NCBI GenBank assembly: GCA_051294375.1
Contig: CM119268.1
Coordinates: 3,884,799 to 3,948,798 of the forward strand
Source of the DNA: Paraspadella gotoi
Lineage: Eukaryota; Animalia; Chaetognatha
Reading direction: 5' to 3'
Length of the DNA stretch: 64,000 nucleotides
The position numbers were made by a program, and so were the translations under genes. The stretch's first letter is position 1. Each line of letters starts with the position of its first letter. Shown one piece after another: positions 15,701 to 28,596 of this stretch. Under the pieces are notes generated by a model that worked only from the letters and a program-made list of their open reading frames with translations, ran no database searches and was not told the DNA's origin.

Positions 15701-17225
15701 GTCATTAACCATTCATCATTAATCCTTAATTATTACCATTGAAAGAGAGAGTAATGATTTTATGTGTTAGTGACAGAACCGTTCAATATAAGCAGTCCCT
15801 GAACTTCGGATCAGGCTGTAACACCGTGTTACAGGCGGGTTAAGCGCCCCGTCTCTCTTAACTGCTACTGCTAAGTTTAACGTTAACATCTTATATGACA
15901 TAACAATTTAGGGTCAATTATAATTAAATAATTTTAGCCGGGTTGCATGTAAATCCTGAGGTGAGAAGCTTCTCGCCATCTGGCCTTGAGAGACTTCGGA
16001 CCCTCAGCGGTTGCCCCAAACCATTGACGCTTTACGTTGTTTCCGTGACTCTATTCTGACGGAGATAACGCTTTAGGCCGCCTCGACCGAGAAATCTCGT
16101 TGAAGTTCATTCGAATTAATATTGACTCTCTTCGTCGTTAATCTTTTCTGACTTCCTACCAACTTTTTCCCCTCCTCTTACCCCGCCCCCTTTCCCTCTT
16201 CCACCCCCTAACCCGTCCCGCCCCTTCTGGCCGAAAGGATTGCGAGGGAAGTCGCGTCGTCTGAAAAAGACGCCAAGAAAAACGCGGCGCGAATTGCGGA
16301 CAAGGCGAGGGGGGTGGGGCTGTGTTGTTGTTGTTTCAAAGATTCGCTTTTAGTATTCTAGCAAATTCGTAGTAGGATTTACGAGAGCGTTTTTTTTTTG
16401 TTTTTTTTTTGTTAAATATTTCGATTCTTATGGACGAATCATTTTTTCAAGCGGTCCATAAGAATCGAAATATTGACAGAAAAACTAAAAAAAAAAGCAC
16501 TTGTAATCCTATACGAATTGCTTAATACTAAATAATTATCTTCGAGTTTAATGTCTCTTCAACAACTGATTCACTTTTGTTGGATATGACGTTTGATTTT
16601 TTTTTTAATGTTTTTTTTTGTTAGTAAAAATATTTTAGGTACCATAAAGCCCCAAAGAAAGTCTACACAAGAGTTAAACTACGCTCGTCTCCTTAACTCT
16701 GATGCTTTAAGTCCTAAGTATCGTCTTATTTTTCCTGGGTATATTTTCTTGATACTGATTGTACAATTATGACATGTTTCATAATCGACGAAAATATCAA
16801 TTGTTCATATTTTTCTTTATTTAAAACTTTCATGCAGTCGTCAAACGAGGCTAACGCCATCATTGACTCGCGTCACGAGGTACCGTTTACTGATTTGTTA
16901 ATTAAACAACATAATAAATATATAAATAAAACCTGGTAAAGGGAATCAAGTTAAACAACAATTCAGATTCCAAAATATAAACGCCAAATCTACTTTTACG
17001 TATTTTTATAAATCGATCCTATACCTAAATTCACACTCACTTCAACCTTACCTCACCTCAATCCCCTTTTTAAGAAAGATCACCCTGACTCCGCCCGTGC
17101 GGCGCCGAGTTCGCCCAACCGGTGCCAGCGCCGCCACACCAGGCACTGCCTCAGCAAGTCTGAGCAGAGAAGGCTGCTGCGTCAGGCGCAGTACTTGAAA
17201 CCGGGCAACGAGAAAAGCCTGAGAA
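12795..17225 (+). pseudogene. 5'-truncated, indel-riddled copy of the PTPN1/2-like gene (pseudogene or assembly artefact)
   Basis: Contains the [19 protein letters not shown], a garbled HCSAG and the Q-loop exons, with many frameshifts. Exons 1-2 are absent. Confidence 0.7.
16348..16532. mobile_element. MITE-like foldback of about 185 bp with long arms; mirror copy at about 20943-21141
   Basis: Arms ...AATATTTCGATTCTTATGGAC and GTCCATAAGAATCGAAATATT... flank a short loop, and complementarity extends to TTTAGTATT/AATACTAAA. Confidence 0.7.
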
Positions 17226-17777
17226 GGTAGGTGAAGGGGTTTGGGTGGAGTTAATAGTATTGACTTTACTCAGTTAAATGTAATGGTAATAGTTTATAAA
17301 TATTTCAAAATTTTACTTCGGCTGCACACGAAAATTATCAAAGCGAAGGAACGGATGGACGGAACGGAGGGAGACGAACGGACGGACATTGGCGCAGGGA
17401 AACGAATTTTTGAAAAAAATTGATTTCAAGTAGCTTTTTTATACAATATTATAATCCGTATGTCTCATTTACCGTGTCAGTCATAAATTTGGTCTGTATA
17501 CTGTCTAGGCACCATTTTTTGGTCTAACATTTCTCTCTTCTCTCCCTGTCTCTCGTCTCTCTCTCTCTGTCTCTCCTCTCCTCTCTCCTCTCCTCTCTCT
17601 CTCGTCTCTCTCTCCTCTCTCTCTCCCTGCTCACACACTCGCTTGTTTAGCAAGGCATTTGGTTCGATGCATCCCTGAATTAAATGAAATAGGCTCTCGT
17701 TTTGACGTAAATCCAGAAAAAAGCCGAACGGAGGAAAAAAATATTGCAAACAAAAGGAAAAAAAGTTAATACATAAT

Positions 17778-17840
<63 letters not shown>

Positions 17841-18684
17841 AGATGAGAGAATCTAAGGAAAAAAGGAAGAAAGAAAAGTATTAACAAGGCGCGATCATGT
17901 ATTATGCAGTCGTTTACTTTCAGCATCATAACGAAGGCATAATGATTTGACGGGCCATCGACTTTCGTCGCGATGGATCAAAACGCAGACTTGTTTTTTA
18001 TTGAGTTTTATTGAAGAATCTGTCTCGTGCAGGATTCCATTTCTTTTGTGTTGTGGGGCGGAGGGGGCGTGGGGAATAGAGATGTGCGAGGAAACGACGT
18101 CGTGGTGGTTAAGTCAAAGGAGAAGAGTTATAAAAAGCTTTAATTTACAATATGACTATATGTACAGGACTACAATATAGATTACAATATGAGATACCAG
18201 ATATATTTTTTTTATCTTTTTTCCATTCTGGCTTTGGAATATTTCGTTTTATGTCAACTCTTAATTCTTAAAAATGGGACAAAATATTTTTAAAAATAGA
18301 ACGTTAAATGTTTTTTCTTTTTAATTAAAATTGTATGGTAAAATTTTTTTTTAAATAAACATTGACTTAATTAAAAAAAACATAATACCACATAAACCAA
18401 AAAAAAAGCTAAATACGAAGGAAGAGCAGATACATTACGGCGAATTTAGTCAATACTGCTTGCGATATTTTATGTAGGAATAAAATGGAAAGAGAGAGCA
18501 ATAAAAAATATAAATCATAAAGGGAAAGACAGAGAATGACACAAAATGGAAAATTGGACAAATGGTAAAATCAGGTACAAAAAAAAAAAAAAAAAGGAAA
18601 CTTTTGTTTTGTTTGTCCCACGGCGTCCCCTATAAGCGAAGCCATTTTTTTTTCTTTGAAAATATGAGAAAGAGAGAGAGAGAG

Positions 18685-18763
<79 letters not shown>

Positions 18764-18913
18764 GAGAGAGAGGAACAGAGACAGACGACAGAGATTCTCC
18801 GGTATCCGTCTAACTCGATTAATTCAAAAATCCTGCTCGCAGCCCTTTCGCCTTTCTCGTGCCACACAAATCAATCTTTTTTGTGTTANNNNNNNNNNNN
18901 NNNNNNNNNNNNN

Positions 18914-19636
18914 ACCTGATTTTATCCATTTCCAATTTTCCATTTTGTGTCATTCTCTGTCTTTCCCTTTTATGATTTATATTTTTTATTGCTCTCTTTC
19001 CATTTTATTCCTACATATAAATATCGCAAGCAGTATTGACTAAATTCGCCGTAATGTATCTGCTCTTTCCTTCGTATTTAGCTTTTTTTTTGGTTTATGT
19101 GGTATTATGTTTTTTTTAATTAAGTCAATGTTTATTTAAAAAAAAATTTTACCATACAATTTAATTAAAAAGAAAAAACATTTAACGTTCTATTTTTAAA
19201 ATATTTTGTCCCATTTTTAAGAATTAAGAGTTGACATAAAACAAATATTCCAAAGCCAGATGGAAAAAAGATAAAAAAATATATCTGGTATCTCATATTG
19301 TAATCATATTGTAGTCCTGTACATATAGTCATATTGTAAATTAAAGCTTTTTATAAACTCTTCCTCCCTTTGACTTAACCACCACGACGTCGTTTCCTCG
19401 CACATCTCTATTCCCCACGCCCCCCCGCCCCACAACAAAAAGAAATGGAATCCTGCACGAGACAGATTCTTCAATAAAAACTCAATAAAAAACAAGTCTG
19501 CGTTTGATCCCATCGCGACGAAAGGTCGATGGCCCGTCAAATCATTATGCCTTCGTTATGATGCTGAAAGTAAACGACTGCATAATACATGATCGCGCCT
19601 TGTTAATACTTTCTTTCCTTCCTTTTTTCTTAGATT

Positions 19637-19713
<77 letters not shown>

Positions 19714-19866
19714 ATTATGTATTAACTTTTTTCCTTTTGTTTGCAATATTTTTTTCCTCCGTTCGGCTTTTTTCTGATTTACGTCAAAACGAGAGCCTAT
19801 TTCATAATTCAGGGATGCATCGAACCAAATGCCTTGTAAACAAAGGCGAGTGTGAGCGAGAGAGAG

Positions 19867-19917
<51 letters not shown>

Positions 19918-22900
19918 GAGACAGAGATCGAGAGCACATGAGAGACGAGAAATGTTAGACCAAAAAATGGTGCCTAGACAGTATACAGACCAAATTTATA
20001 GACTGACAGGTAAATGAGACATACGGATTATAATATGTATAAAAAAGCTACTTGAAATCAATTTTTTTCAAAATTCGTTTCCCTGCGCCAATGTCCGTCC
20101 GTTCGTTCGTCCCTCCGTCCGTCCATCCGTTCCTTCGCTTTGATAATTCGTGTGCAGCGAAGTAAAATTTGAAATTTTATTTTAAACTTTTACCATTACA
20201 TTAACTGAGTAAAGTCAATTACTTTAACTCCACCCAAACCCCTTCACCTTACCTTCTCAGGCTTTCTCGTTGCCCGGTTTCAAGTACTGCGCCTGACGCA
20301 GCAGCTTCCTCTGCTCAGACTTTGCTGAGGCAGTGCCGGAGCTGGTGGCGGCGCTGGCACCGGCGTTGGGCGAACTCGGCGCCGCACGGGCGGAGTCAAG
20401 GGTGATCTTTCTAAAAAGGGGGATTGAGGTGAGGTAAGGTGAAGTGAGGTGAATTTAGGTAAGGATCGATTTATAAAATACGTAAAAGTAGATTTGCGTT
20501 TATATTTGGAATCTGAATTGTGTTTTAACTTGATTCCACTTTACCAGGTTTTATTTATAATTTATTATGTTGTTTAATTAACAAATCAGTAAACGGTTAC
20601 CTCGTGACGCGAGTCAATGATGGCGTAGCCTCGTTTGACGACTGATGAAAGTTTAAATAAAAGAAAATATGAACAATTGATATTTCGTCGATTATGAAAC
20701 ATGTCATAATTGTACAATCAGTATCAAGAAAATATACCCAGGAAAAATAAGACGATACTTAGGACTTAAAGCATCAGAGTTAAAGGGAGACGAGCGTAGT
20801 TTAACTCTTGTGTAGACTTTCTTTGGGCTTTATGGTACCTAAAATATTTTTACTAACAAAAAAAAACATTAAAAAAAAAAATCAAACGTCATATCCAACA
20901 AAAGTGAATCAGTTGTTGAAGAGACATTAAACGAGATAATTATTTAGTATTAAGCAATTCGTAGTAGGATTTACAAGTGCTTTTTTTTTTTAGTTTTTCT
21001 GTCAATATTTCGATTCTTATGGACCGCCTTGAAAAAATGATTCGTCCATAAGAATCGAAATATTAACAAAAAAAAAAACACAAAAAAAAACAAAAAAAAA
21101 AACGCTCTCGTAAATCCTACTACGAATTGCTAAATACTAAAAGCGAATCTTTGAAACAACAACAACACAGCCCACCCCCCTCGCCTTGTCCGCAATTCGC
21201 GCCGCGTTTTTCTTGGCGTCTTTTTCAGACGACGCGACTTCCCTCGCAATCCTTTCGGCCAGAAGGGGGGGGACGGGTTAGGGGGTGGAAGAGGGAAGGG
21301 GGCGGGTAAGAGGAGGGGAAAAAGTTGGTAGGAAGTCAGAAAAGATTAACGACGAAGAGGAGTCAATATAATTCGAATGAACTTCAACGAGATTTCTCGG
21401 TCGAGGCGGCTAAAGCGTTATCTCCGTCAGAATAGAGTCACGGAAACAACGTAAAAGCGTCAATGGTTTGGGGCAACCGCTGAGGGTCCGAAGTCTCTCA
21501 AGGCCAGATGGCGAGAAGCTTCTCACCTCAGGATTTACATGCAACCCGGCTAAAATTATTTAATTATAATTGACCCTAAATTGTTATGTCATATAAGATG
21601 TTAACGTTAAACTTAGCAGTAGCAGTTAAGAGAGACGGGGCGCTTAACCCGCCTGTAACACGGTGTTACAGCCTGATCCGAAGTTCAGGGACTGCTTATA
21701 TTGAACGGTTCTGTCACTAACACATAAAATCATTACTCTCTCTTCAATGGTTAATAATTAAGGATTAATGATGAATGGTTAATGACTAAAAAAATTATAT
21801 TAGGGTTACGGGTTTGGTTAGATATATTGTAAGACATTAAAGTTAAATATTAAGCTTAAAACTACTGAACCATCACCCATTGTTACCCACCGTAACCTCA
21901 CCCTACCCTACTTGGTGCCCGAGATGCCGACGGAGGACTGGGCCGCGACCCCGAGTTCGTTCGTCGTCGGCGGAAATAGACGTTTCGCTTCGTCCACGAC
22001 GGCCTGTTGGGGGAAAAGGGGACAGAAGGGGGGGGGGAGTGGAAAGTATATGTCGAGTACATGTGCCTCCTTTATACAAATCATTACGAAAGTTAGGGAC
22101 GTGGAAAACGGAAAAAAAACCCTAGGTCGTTAACGATAGTATATTTTATTTTAATTTTATGTTGGTACATCAAAAGGGTTTTTTTTTTAAACTTTGACAG
22201 GGCAGAGCAATTAAATAATTGTTTCATTTTTTATCCCCTTTTTTTATCGTGAAAACACGGACAAAATTAGATCGGACCTGATAGCAAAAACGAAACTGTT
22301 CCCAAGATTGAACCAAACTCATTCTGCATTTTCGGAGACCAATGAGGAGCTGCACCATGTCGCAAGGTTCCATCGTGTTCTGTCGTGAAAGTTTGACAAA
22401 AGGGTTTCTATCTCGTTATCTCACTTCGCTCTCTTTCTTTCTCTACTCTTCGTCCTACTCTGGCTTTCATGAGGAAAAGCATCGAATCGATGAGAATAAA
22501 AGATCCAGATCTTCCGATTCCCGCGCTGCAGTGAACGACTAGTGGCGGCGCCCCGTGATCCAAAGCGCCGCTGGCTTTTACTTTAGAAAAATAAACAAAA
22601 GACAATCGAAAATTAAAAGGAAAGTAGTATTTTTAGTTCAGAGCAAATAAAAGAAAGCTTGTTTAGACGTGTTTTTTTTTTTCAACTAAAAAGATAAAAA
22701 GAAAATTTTATTTTCGCAAAAATTTTAAAAGAGTTTTTTTTGTTTTACAACAGATTATGTAAATTTAATAATAATTAATAATAAATAATAAGCCAGTAAT
22801 GGAGTCACCGGCGTAGAGAAGCGACATCATGTCCTTTGACTCGAAGGGAACTCCAAAGTCTGGCCAAGTCGTGAAGTGAAAGTGTAGAATCTCACGACTT

Positions 22901-24785
22901 TGTGTGTTGTTGTTGTTGCTGTTGAAGCGGTTGTTGTTACTGATGTTCTTTTTCTGTCGGAGCTGTAGTCTGTCAAAAGAAAGAAATAAAGAAAGAAACA
23001 AAGAAACCAAGAAACCAAGAAACCAAGTAAGAAAATAGCAATACAATGAGCACTCGGATAGACCCATCAGACCGACCGACCGAGCGACCTGGTCAAGTTG
23101 TAGCAATCCTTGGTTTCCATGGAAACGAACATGAGCTCCAAATCGAGGCCATCGAAGCTGAAACCGTCGTTGTCGCCAACTCGCGACCCGAGAGGCCAAT
23201 ACCTAGACCACGGAGGAATCGCGGTTGCGAGGTATTGCAGGAGTCGATGGACAATGAAGTTTTTGAAGTATTGCAGATTGTATTGGTGGTTTCGTTTTCC
23301 CGATGAATGAATCGGAAATAAATTTATGGAATGTGTTTGGAATATAAAAGGTATTTCGAATGTTTTTTTGGTGTCAATAACTATGCTCAGTAGCTAAATA
23401 AAAGGTAAGAAATAATTTGGGATAATCTCAAGAAGACAATTAAAATTTGACTTGCTGAAAACTCTTAAGAATTGTTAAATATCAATACTAAAAAATATAT
23501 AATAATAATAATATTAATAATAATAAAAGACTTACGAGGCGCATTTAGGTCTATTATTCTCCATGACATTGTTCAACATGACGATAGCGCGACAATTTTG
23601 CTCCCACATCATTTGCCAAAAGTGAGGCACGGTGTGATCCAAAGGTCCCTGTTTGTTGGAATACTTTTTGACATTATGATTAAATTTATTGGTCTCTTGT
23701 TTTCTCTATAACTGTAGCAACGACGTAATCCTATATTACTAACTAAATTTATGTGCTGCCATCTTGAAATAAGTGTTGTAAATATTTTGTAAGAAACAAA
23801 AGTCAAACCCTTATATAAAAGGTAGCTTCACTTGTTTGAGTCACTCCTGGCTAAAAGGATGTTAGTATTTGTCTTGTAAAAAATGATTATTTTTTCTTTA
23901 AAGAATAAGTTTCTAATAAATTGTTATTTTTAGTTTTTAGTGCTTATACTCCTTGCTAAAAATGGAAACTACAATGCCATCTGCTTTAAATTCGTTATTG
24001 TCTCCTGTTGTCTACATAATTATGAACTTATGTAATAAAACGATTTAAACTTTAAAATTCCTTGAAATGCCAATTAAACAAACTCGAATTGAACATCCTC
24101 AGTTAAAGAATAATAAATATAACGTTTAATATCTCGTCAACTAACCCTCAAAACGTCCGTTACTCGATCAGTGTTGATTATTATGTTTATTTTAGTTATT
24201 GGTAAGTTACTAATAAGTTAATAATAATACAAAATTATAACTGCACGATAATTGGGCTAAACGTTTATGCGAAAAAGAGTCAGATTATATATATCGCAAA
24301 ATAATAATTACCAATCGTGAGTTTTTAAACATGTATAAAAATACGAATTCCGGTCGAAAAAAAAATTGCGGGCCACCCCTTTAGCTCGATTTGGGTTAAG
24401 TACTCGTTCGAATTCTCTGACCCTTACCCAGACTAATCCCCAACCCCCTCACCCAGAATACCCTCACCTGGGTCAGAATGTATCTCCGGTCCAAATCCGG
24501 AAATCCGGCGAGGTCTCCGTTGACGTGGTTGGCGTTGATGTATTCAACGCCACCGGAACGAAGTTTGACGCGGGTTTGATCGTAGGGGAGGACGTCTCTT
24601 TGGGGGGGGGGGTATGGTGGTTGGGTCGGGGTGGTCGAGGTGGTCGGAAGAAGAGATACGAAAGTGAATCGTCATGTCATGTCATGTCATTCCATTTTTA
24701 TATCGATGTTTCGACTTTTATGTTTGGCGTCAGTGTGTCACAATGAAATTAATTATAAAATATCAATGAGGAAAAAACATTTATT
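18914..24785 (-). repeat. Right arm of the inverted duplication
   Basis: Reverse complement of 12575-18577. Confidence 0.95.
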
Positions 24786-26049
24786 TTAATAATAATAAAA
24801 AGATTAAGTAAAAATACTATTCCAAAGAAAAATTTTTAAAAAGGATGCCGTACCAAACTAAAGGGGACTGCGCCAGGCGAATGCTTCTATTTTTAAAACA
24901 CCATAACTAATAACAAACATGATATTTTTCCTTTGCATTTCACGACGCAAACCAATTTATTTAACGGCCTCTCACGGTCAACCCCGCCCAGCGTTTATCG
25001 CCGTTATCATCATCATCGTCATCATCTTCATCATCATGGTCGTCATCTTCAAAGTCATCATCGCGGTCCTGGATCTTAAGTGAAGAGGACAATTTTAAAA
25101 GGATATGTTTTTTTTTTCTCCAAAGAAGAACGTAAAGTTTTTAACGATTCGGCGAATTTCTCCGCCGGTCCAAAAAAACAGCGGCAATTTTTGAATCTGA
25201 AAATGAAAAAAAAAAGAAAAAAAGAAAACAAAACAAAAACGGACGAAAGAGCAGTAAAGAAACATATTAACATATTAACTGTTGAATAACAGTTTTATCA
25301 AATCGTCACATTCTTTACACACGAAGGGAGCACCGATGATGACTACGATGAACACTACTGATTTCTACAGATGACTACTGATGACTACTGATGAAAACGA
25401 TATAAGGAGAGAGTTTTTTGCCTTTAGTTTTTTTCAAAAACACTTAGAAAATAAAATCTTTTAAACCTCTTTTTGTAAATTTTAAAATATAAACAAAAAA
25501 AGAGAAAACCTAATTTAAGAAGAGTATTATCGAATATCGTATCGTAACTTATGTAGAATGTCCACGGTCCAAGGACCATTGCCCAATGCCCAATGCCCAA
25601 TGCCCAATGCTCAATGCCCCAATTGCTCCATGCCTGTATCGATTGAACTGTTGATTCGTGGGATGTTTGGCGATCCTTGTCGTCAGCCTCGCCTCCTCAA
25701 CGGCCGCGTGGGAAGCCTCGTTCACTGACTAAATCGATCAAGCAATCGATATACCAATCACTAATCAATCAAGCAATGAGTCGTTCAATCAATCAATTAA
25801 TTAATGAAACATTTGATAAATCAATCAGTCAATCAACCCATGAGATACTGCGTTCAATCCTCAATGGAAGGAAGCGTGTTGGCGGCCGCCTCAAGCCTGG
25901 TTCCAAGCCCAGGACCCGTTCCATTGCCGCTTAAGGGGAACAGATAGTCTTCATATCCACACCACCGGCTTTACCCTAAACGACGAGGGCCAAGTTCCGG
26001 CTTTGTCCCGGGTCATGAGGTACTTCTCGGTCTGACAACTCGGAAACAT
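20257..26049 (-). CDS. PTPN1/2: Non-receptor protein tyrosine phosphatase, PTP1B/TC-PTP (PTPN1/PTPN2)-like
   Basis: In-phase exons: 26049-25975 ([25 protein letters not shown]), 25728-25634 (...[13 protein letters not shown]), 24597-24468 ([21 protein letters not shown]), 23648-23536 ([18 protein letters not shown]), 23202-23089 (YWP), 22969-22809 (WPDFGVP), 22580-22459 ([12 protein letters not shown]), 22379-22278 ([15 protein letters not shown]) and 22003-21912. C-terminal exons lead to a TGA at 20259-20257; the middle of the tail is uncertain. Confidence 0.92.
21620..21746 (+). mobile_element. 3' half of a family B LTR in a PTP intron (mirror copy at about 15740-15867, - strand)
   Basis: Matches about 50703-50828: GCAGTTAAGAG..GCGCTTAACCCGCCTGTAACACGGTG..CAGCCTGATCCGAAG..TCTTCA. 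Confidence 0.85.
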
Positions 26050-26688
26050 GGCGACCCCTCGGTTCTCTCTCTTTTGTCCTTATCTCATTTCTGTCGTCCA
26101 AATTTTCAGTCGGGATCGAGTATTCGTCAAATCTTCGCGGGAAACGAGAGCAAATTTTCTTTTAGCGACATCTGTGGGAGTTTCTTGTTCTTTTGTTTCA
26201 ATCGGCTAGTTACCTGTTCTTTTTTCCTTTTTACGTATTATTATTGCTCCTTTTTTTTTGGAATTATTTCGTGATCTCGGATCAATTTTTGTGCTCAAAA
26301 CTAACTTATGATTTTTTTATTTGTAGAAAATCTTTTTTTAAATCTATCAATAGTGCACACTGCACTGCACTGCAGTGCACAGGTACAATACACTATGTAC
26401 AAAAAATGACACGTCGGTGTTAAGTGAAATCCTGTTAATCTTTGTATATGATTCTTCAAAGGAGCATTCAAATAGTGCGGACATGTATAATTTATTATGC
26501 ATTTGCAATACGTTTCCCATCGATTATAATTTATTTCAACGATGATTTCGGAACGGTCAAAAAGTCGCGCACTTATCTCCTTCTACAATTTATTCGCAAA
26601 AAATATAACGGAAAACAAATTACAAGTAATCATTCTCTTTTGCTAAAAATTTATTAGTTTTTTAAAAAAGGAAATGGGGAGGGGGAGG

Positions 26689-26754
<66 letters not shown>

Positions 26755-27683
26755 TAGAAGGAGGAGAGAGAGAGAGAGAGAGAGAGAGGGTCATTCAATC
26801 TCTCCGATCGAAGTTTCATCTTTTCGTGACTGATTCAAGATTTATTTTCTTTCAGGTGCTGGATCGTTTCAATTCTTTTTTTCTGTCCAATTATTTAAGT
26901 TGACTTTTTTTTTTAAAACTAAACAACCGAATGAAAAAAAACTAGTACTTAATTAAAAAAAACATTAGCAGTTGAACATTAATTTTATCGGCCAGACTGA
27001 CTTTTTGAAATTCTTTTTTTATCCCTGGGTCAGTTTACACTTTACAGTCTCATCACTCGATCTGGACCAAAATTGTGAAAGTTTGAAAGTTCGTCGTCGT
27101 AGTCGCCATCATCGTCGTCGTAGTCGTCGTAGTCGTTCTCTCCGCTCACAAAGGTCGTCTTACACTTTTCTAACTCTCTCTCTCTCACCCTCAGCGATTC
27201 TCCAAACATTTGATCTTTCCCTTAGCTTTTCACAAATCACGCCATCTCTTCTTCCATCACAGATTTCTTGATTTCTTTTTGATTCCTTCAACATCCCTCT
27301 TTAATATCACAACCTGCTCCCCATTCAACATTCCAACCTGCTCCCTCTTTAACAACCGAACCTGCTCCCTTCACTTTGACCCTCTCATAAAACTTTTATA
27401 TAAATTGCAAAATTACTTGTTTCACTATTTAATTTTTTTAGATTTTATTATTTTTTTCTTAGTTTCCTTTTTATTTTTGGGGGGGAAAGTTAGTGTTGTA
27501 TTATGGAAATAGAGTGAGCGTCTATATACAACTCAAGATTAAAATACTTTCCCCCCCAGTTTTATAATAGACGTGACGCATCATTTCTGTTAGAAAATCA
27601 TTACTTAAAACTCAAAACATCTAATTTTCTAAGAGGCCGAACACAACTTTTCTATTTTCCACTTTTTTTTTCTCCCCCGTGTT

Positions 27684-27944
27684 TTCTGGCCCCCCCCACA
27701 CCCCTCGCTGTCCAGTGTCCACCGCCTCTATATTCCCTTGTCTCTTATCTTTAACCACCCTCTACCATCCCTCTTCATTTATCCCCACCACCCTCAAACC
27801 CTTGACACCCTAATCCCCACACGCACACCCCTACACCACTCCGCCACTCAACCTGTCGCTTTTCGCTTTCATCCTTTTTGTTTTGATTTCGTCTCATTTT
27901 TATTTTGTTTTTTTTTCCTTCGTCGATGAACTTCTTGGTCTTTC

Positions 27945-27999
<55 letters not shown>

Positions 28000-28000
28000 T

Positions 28001-28042
<42 letters not shown>

Positions 28043-28504
28043 GTGTCGCATATGTAAAGAATTAAGTACTTTTTCACGAAAGCCTTGAGGAATTTTTGTA
28101 AAAAATTAGCTAGATTTTATACTGTAACCACATAGATTCAAGTCGAATCTTACTTTTACAATACGAAAAACTAATTTAGAAAGCGTGTTTTATTAACAAT
28201 AATTGATAATATGGAGAAAAATAGACAAAGAAAATATTGCGGCCAGAAACTATCTATCATCTTTCCTTTCGTCTTAATCTTAAATCATCTCGTCGTCGTC
28301 GTCGTCGTCGTCATAACTATCAAAGGTAGAAATGAAATATGTCGTCCATATAGAAAAGAGACGCGAAATTGACGAGACTTTCGTGCCTTTTAACATTTTA
28401 TATCTTTATTTTTTTATATCTTTTTCATTTGATTTTTTTTCTCTCACTTTCGGGCGGCGAACGAATCCATTCATCCCCAGCCGTATCAGTCACCCGCGTT
28501 TCGT

Positions 28505-28596
<92 letters not shown>

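Larger units (their letters stand above)
12575..18577 (+). repeat. Left arm of an about 6 kb inverted duplication (mirror of 18914-24785)
   Basis: Exons, introns, microsatellites and TE fragments match the reverse complement of 18914-24785. An N gap lies at 18889-18913. Confidence 0.95.
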
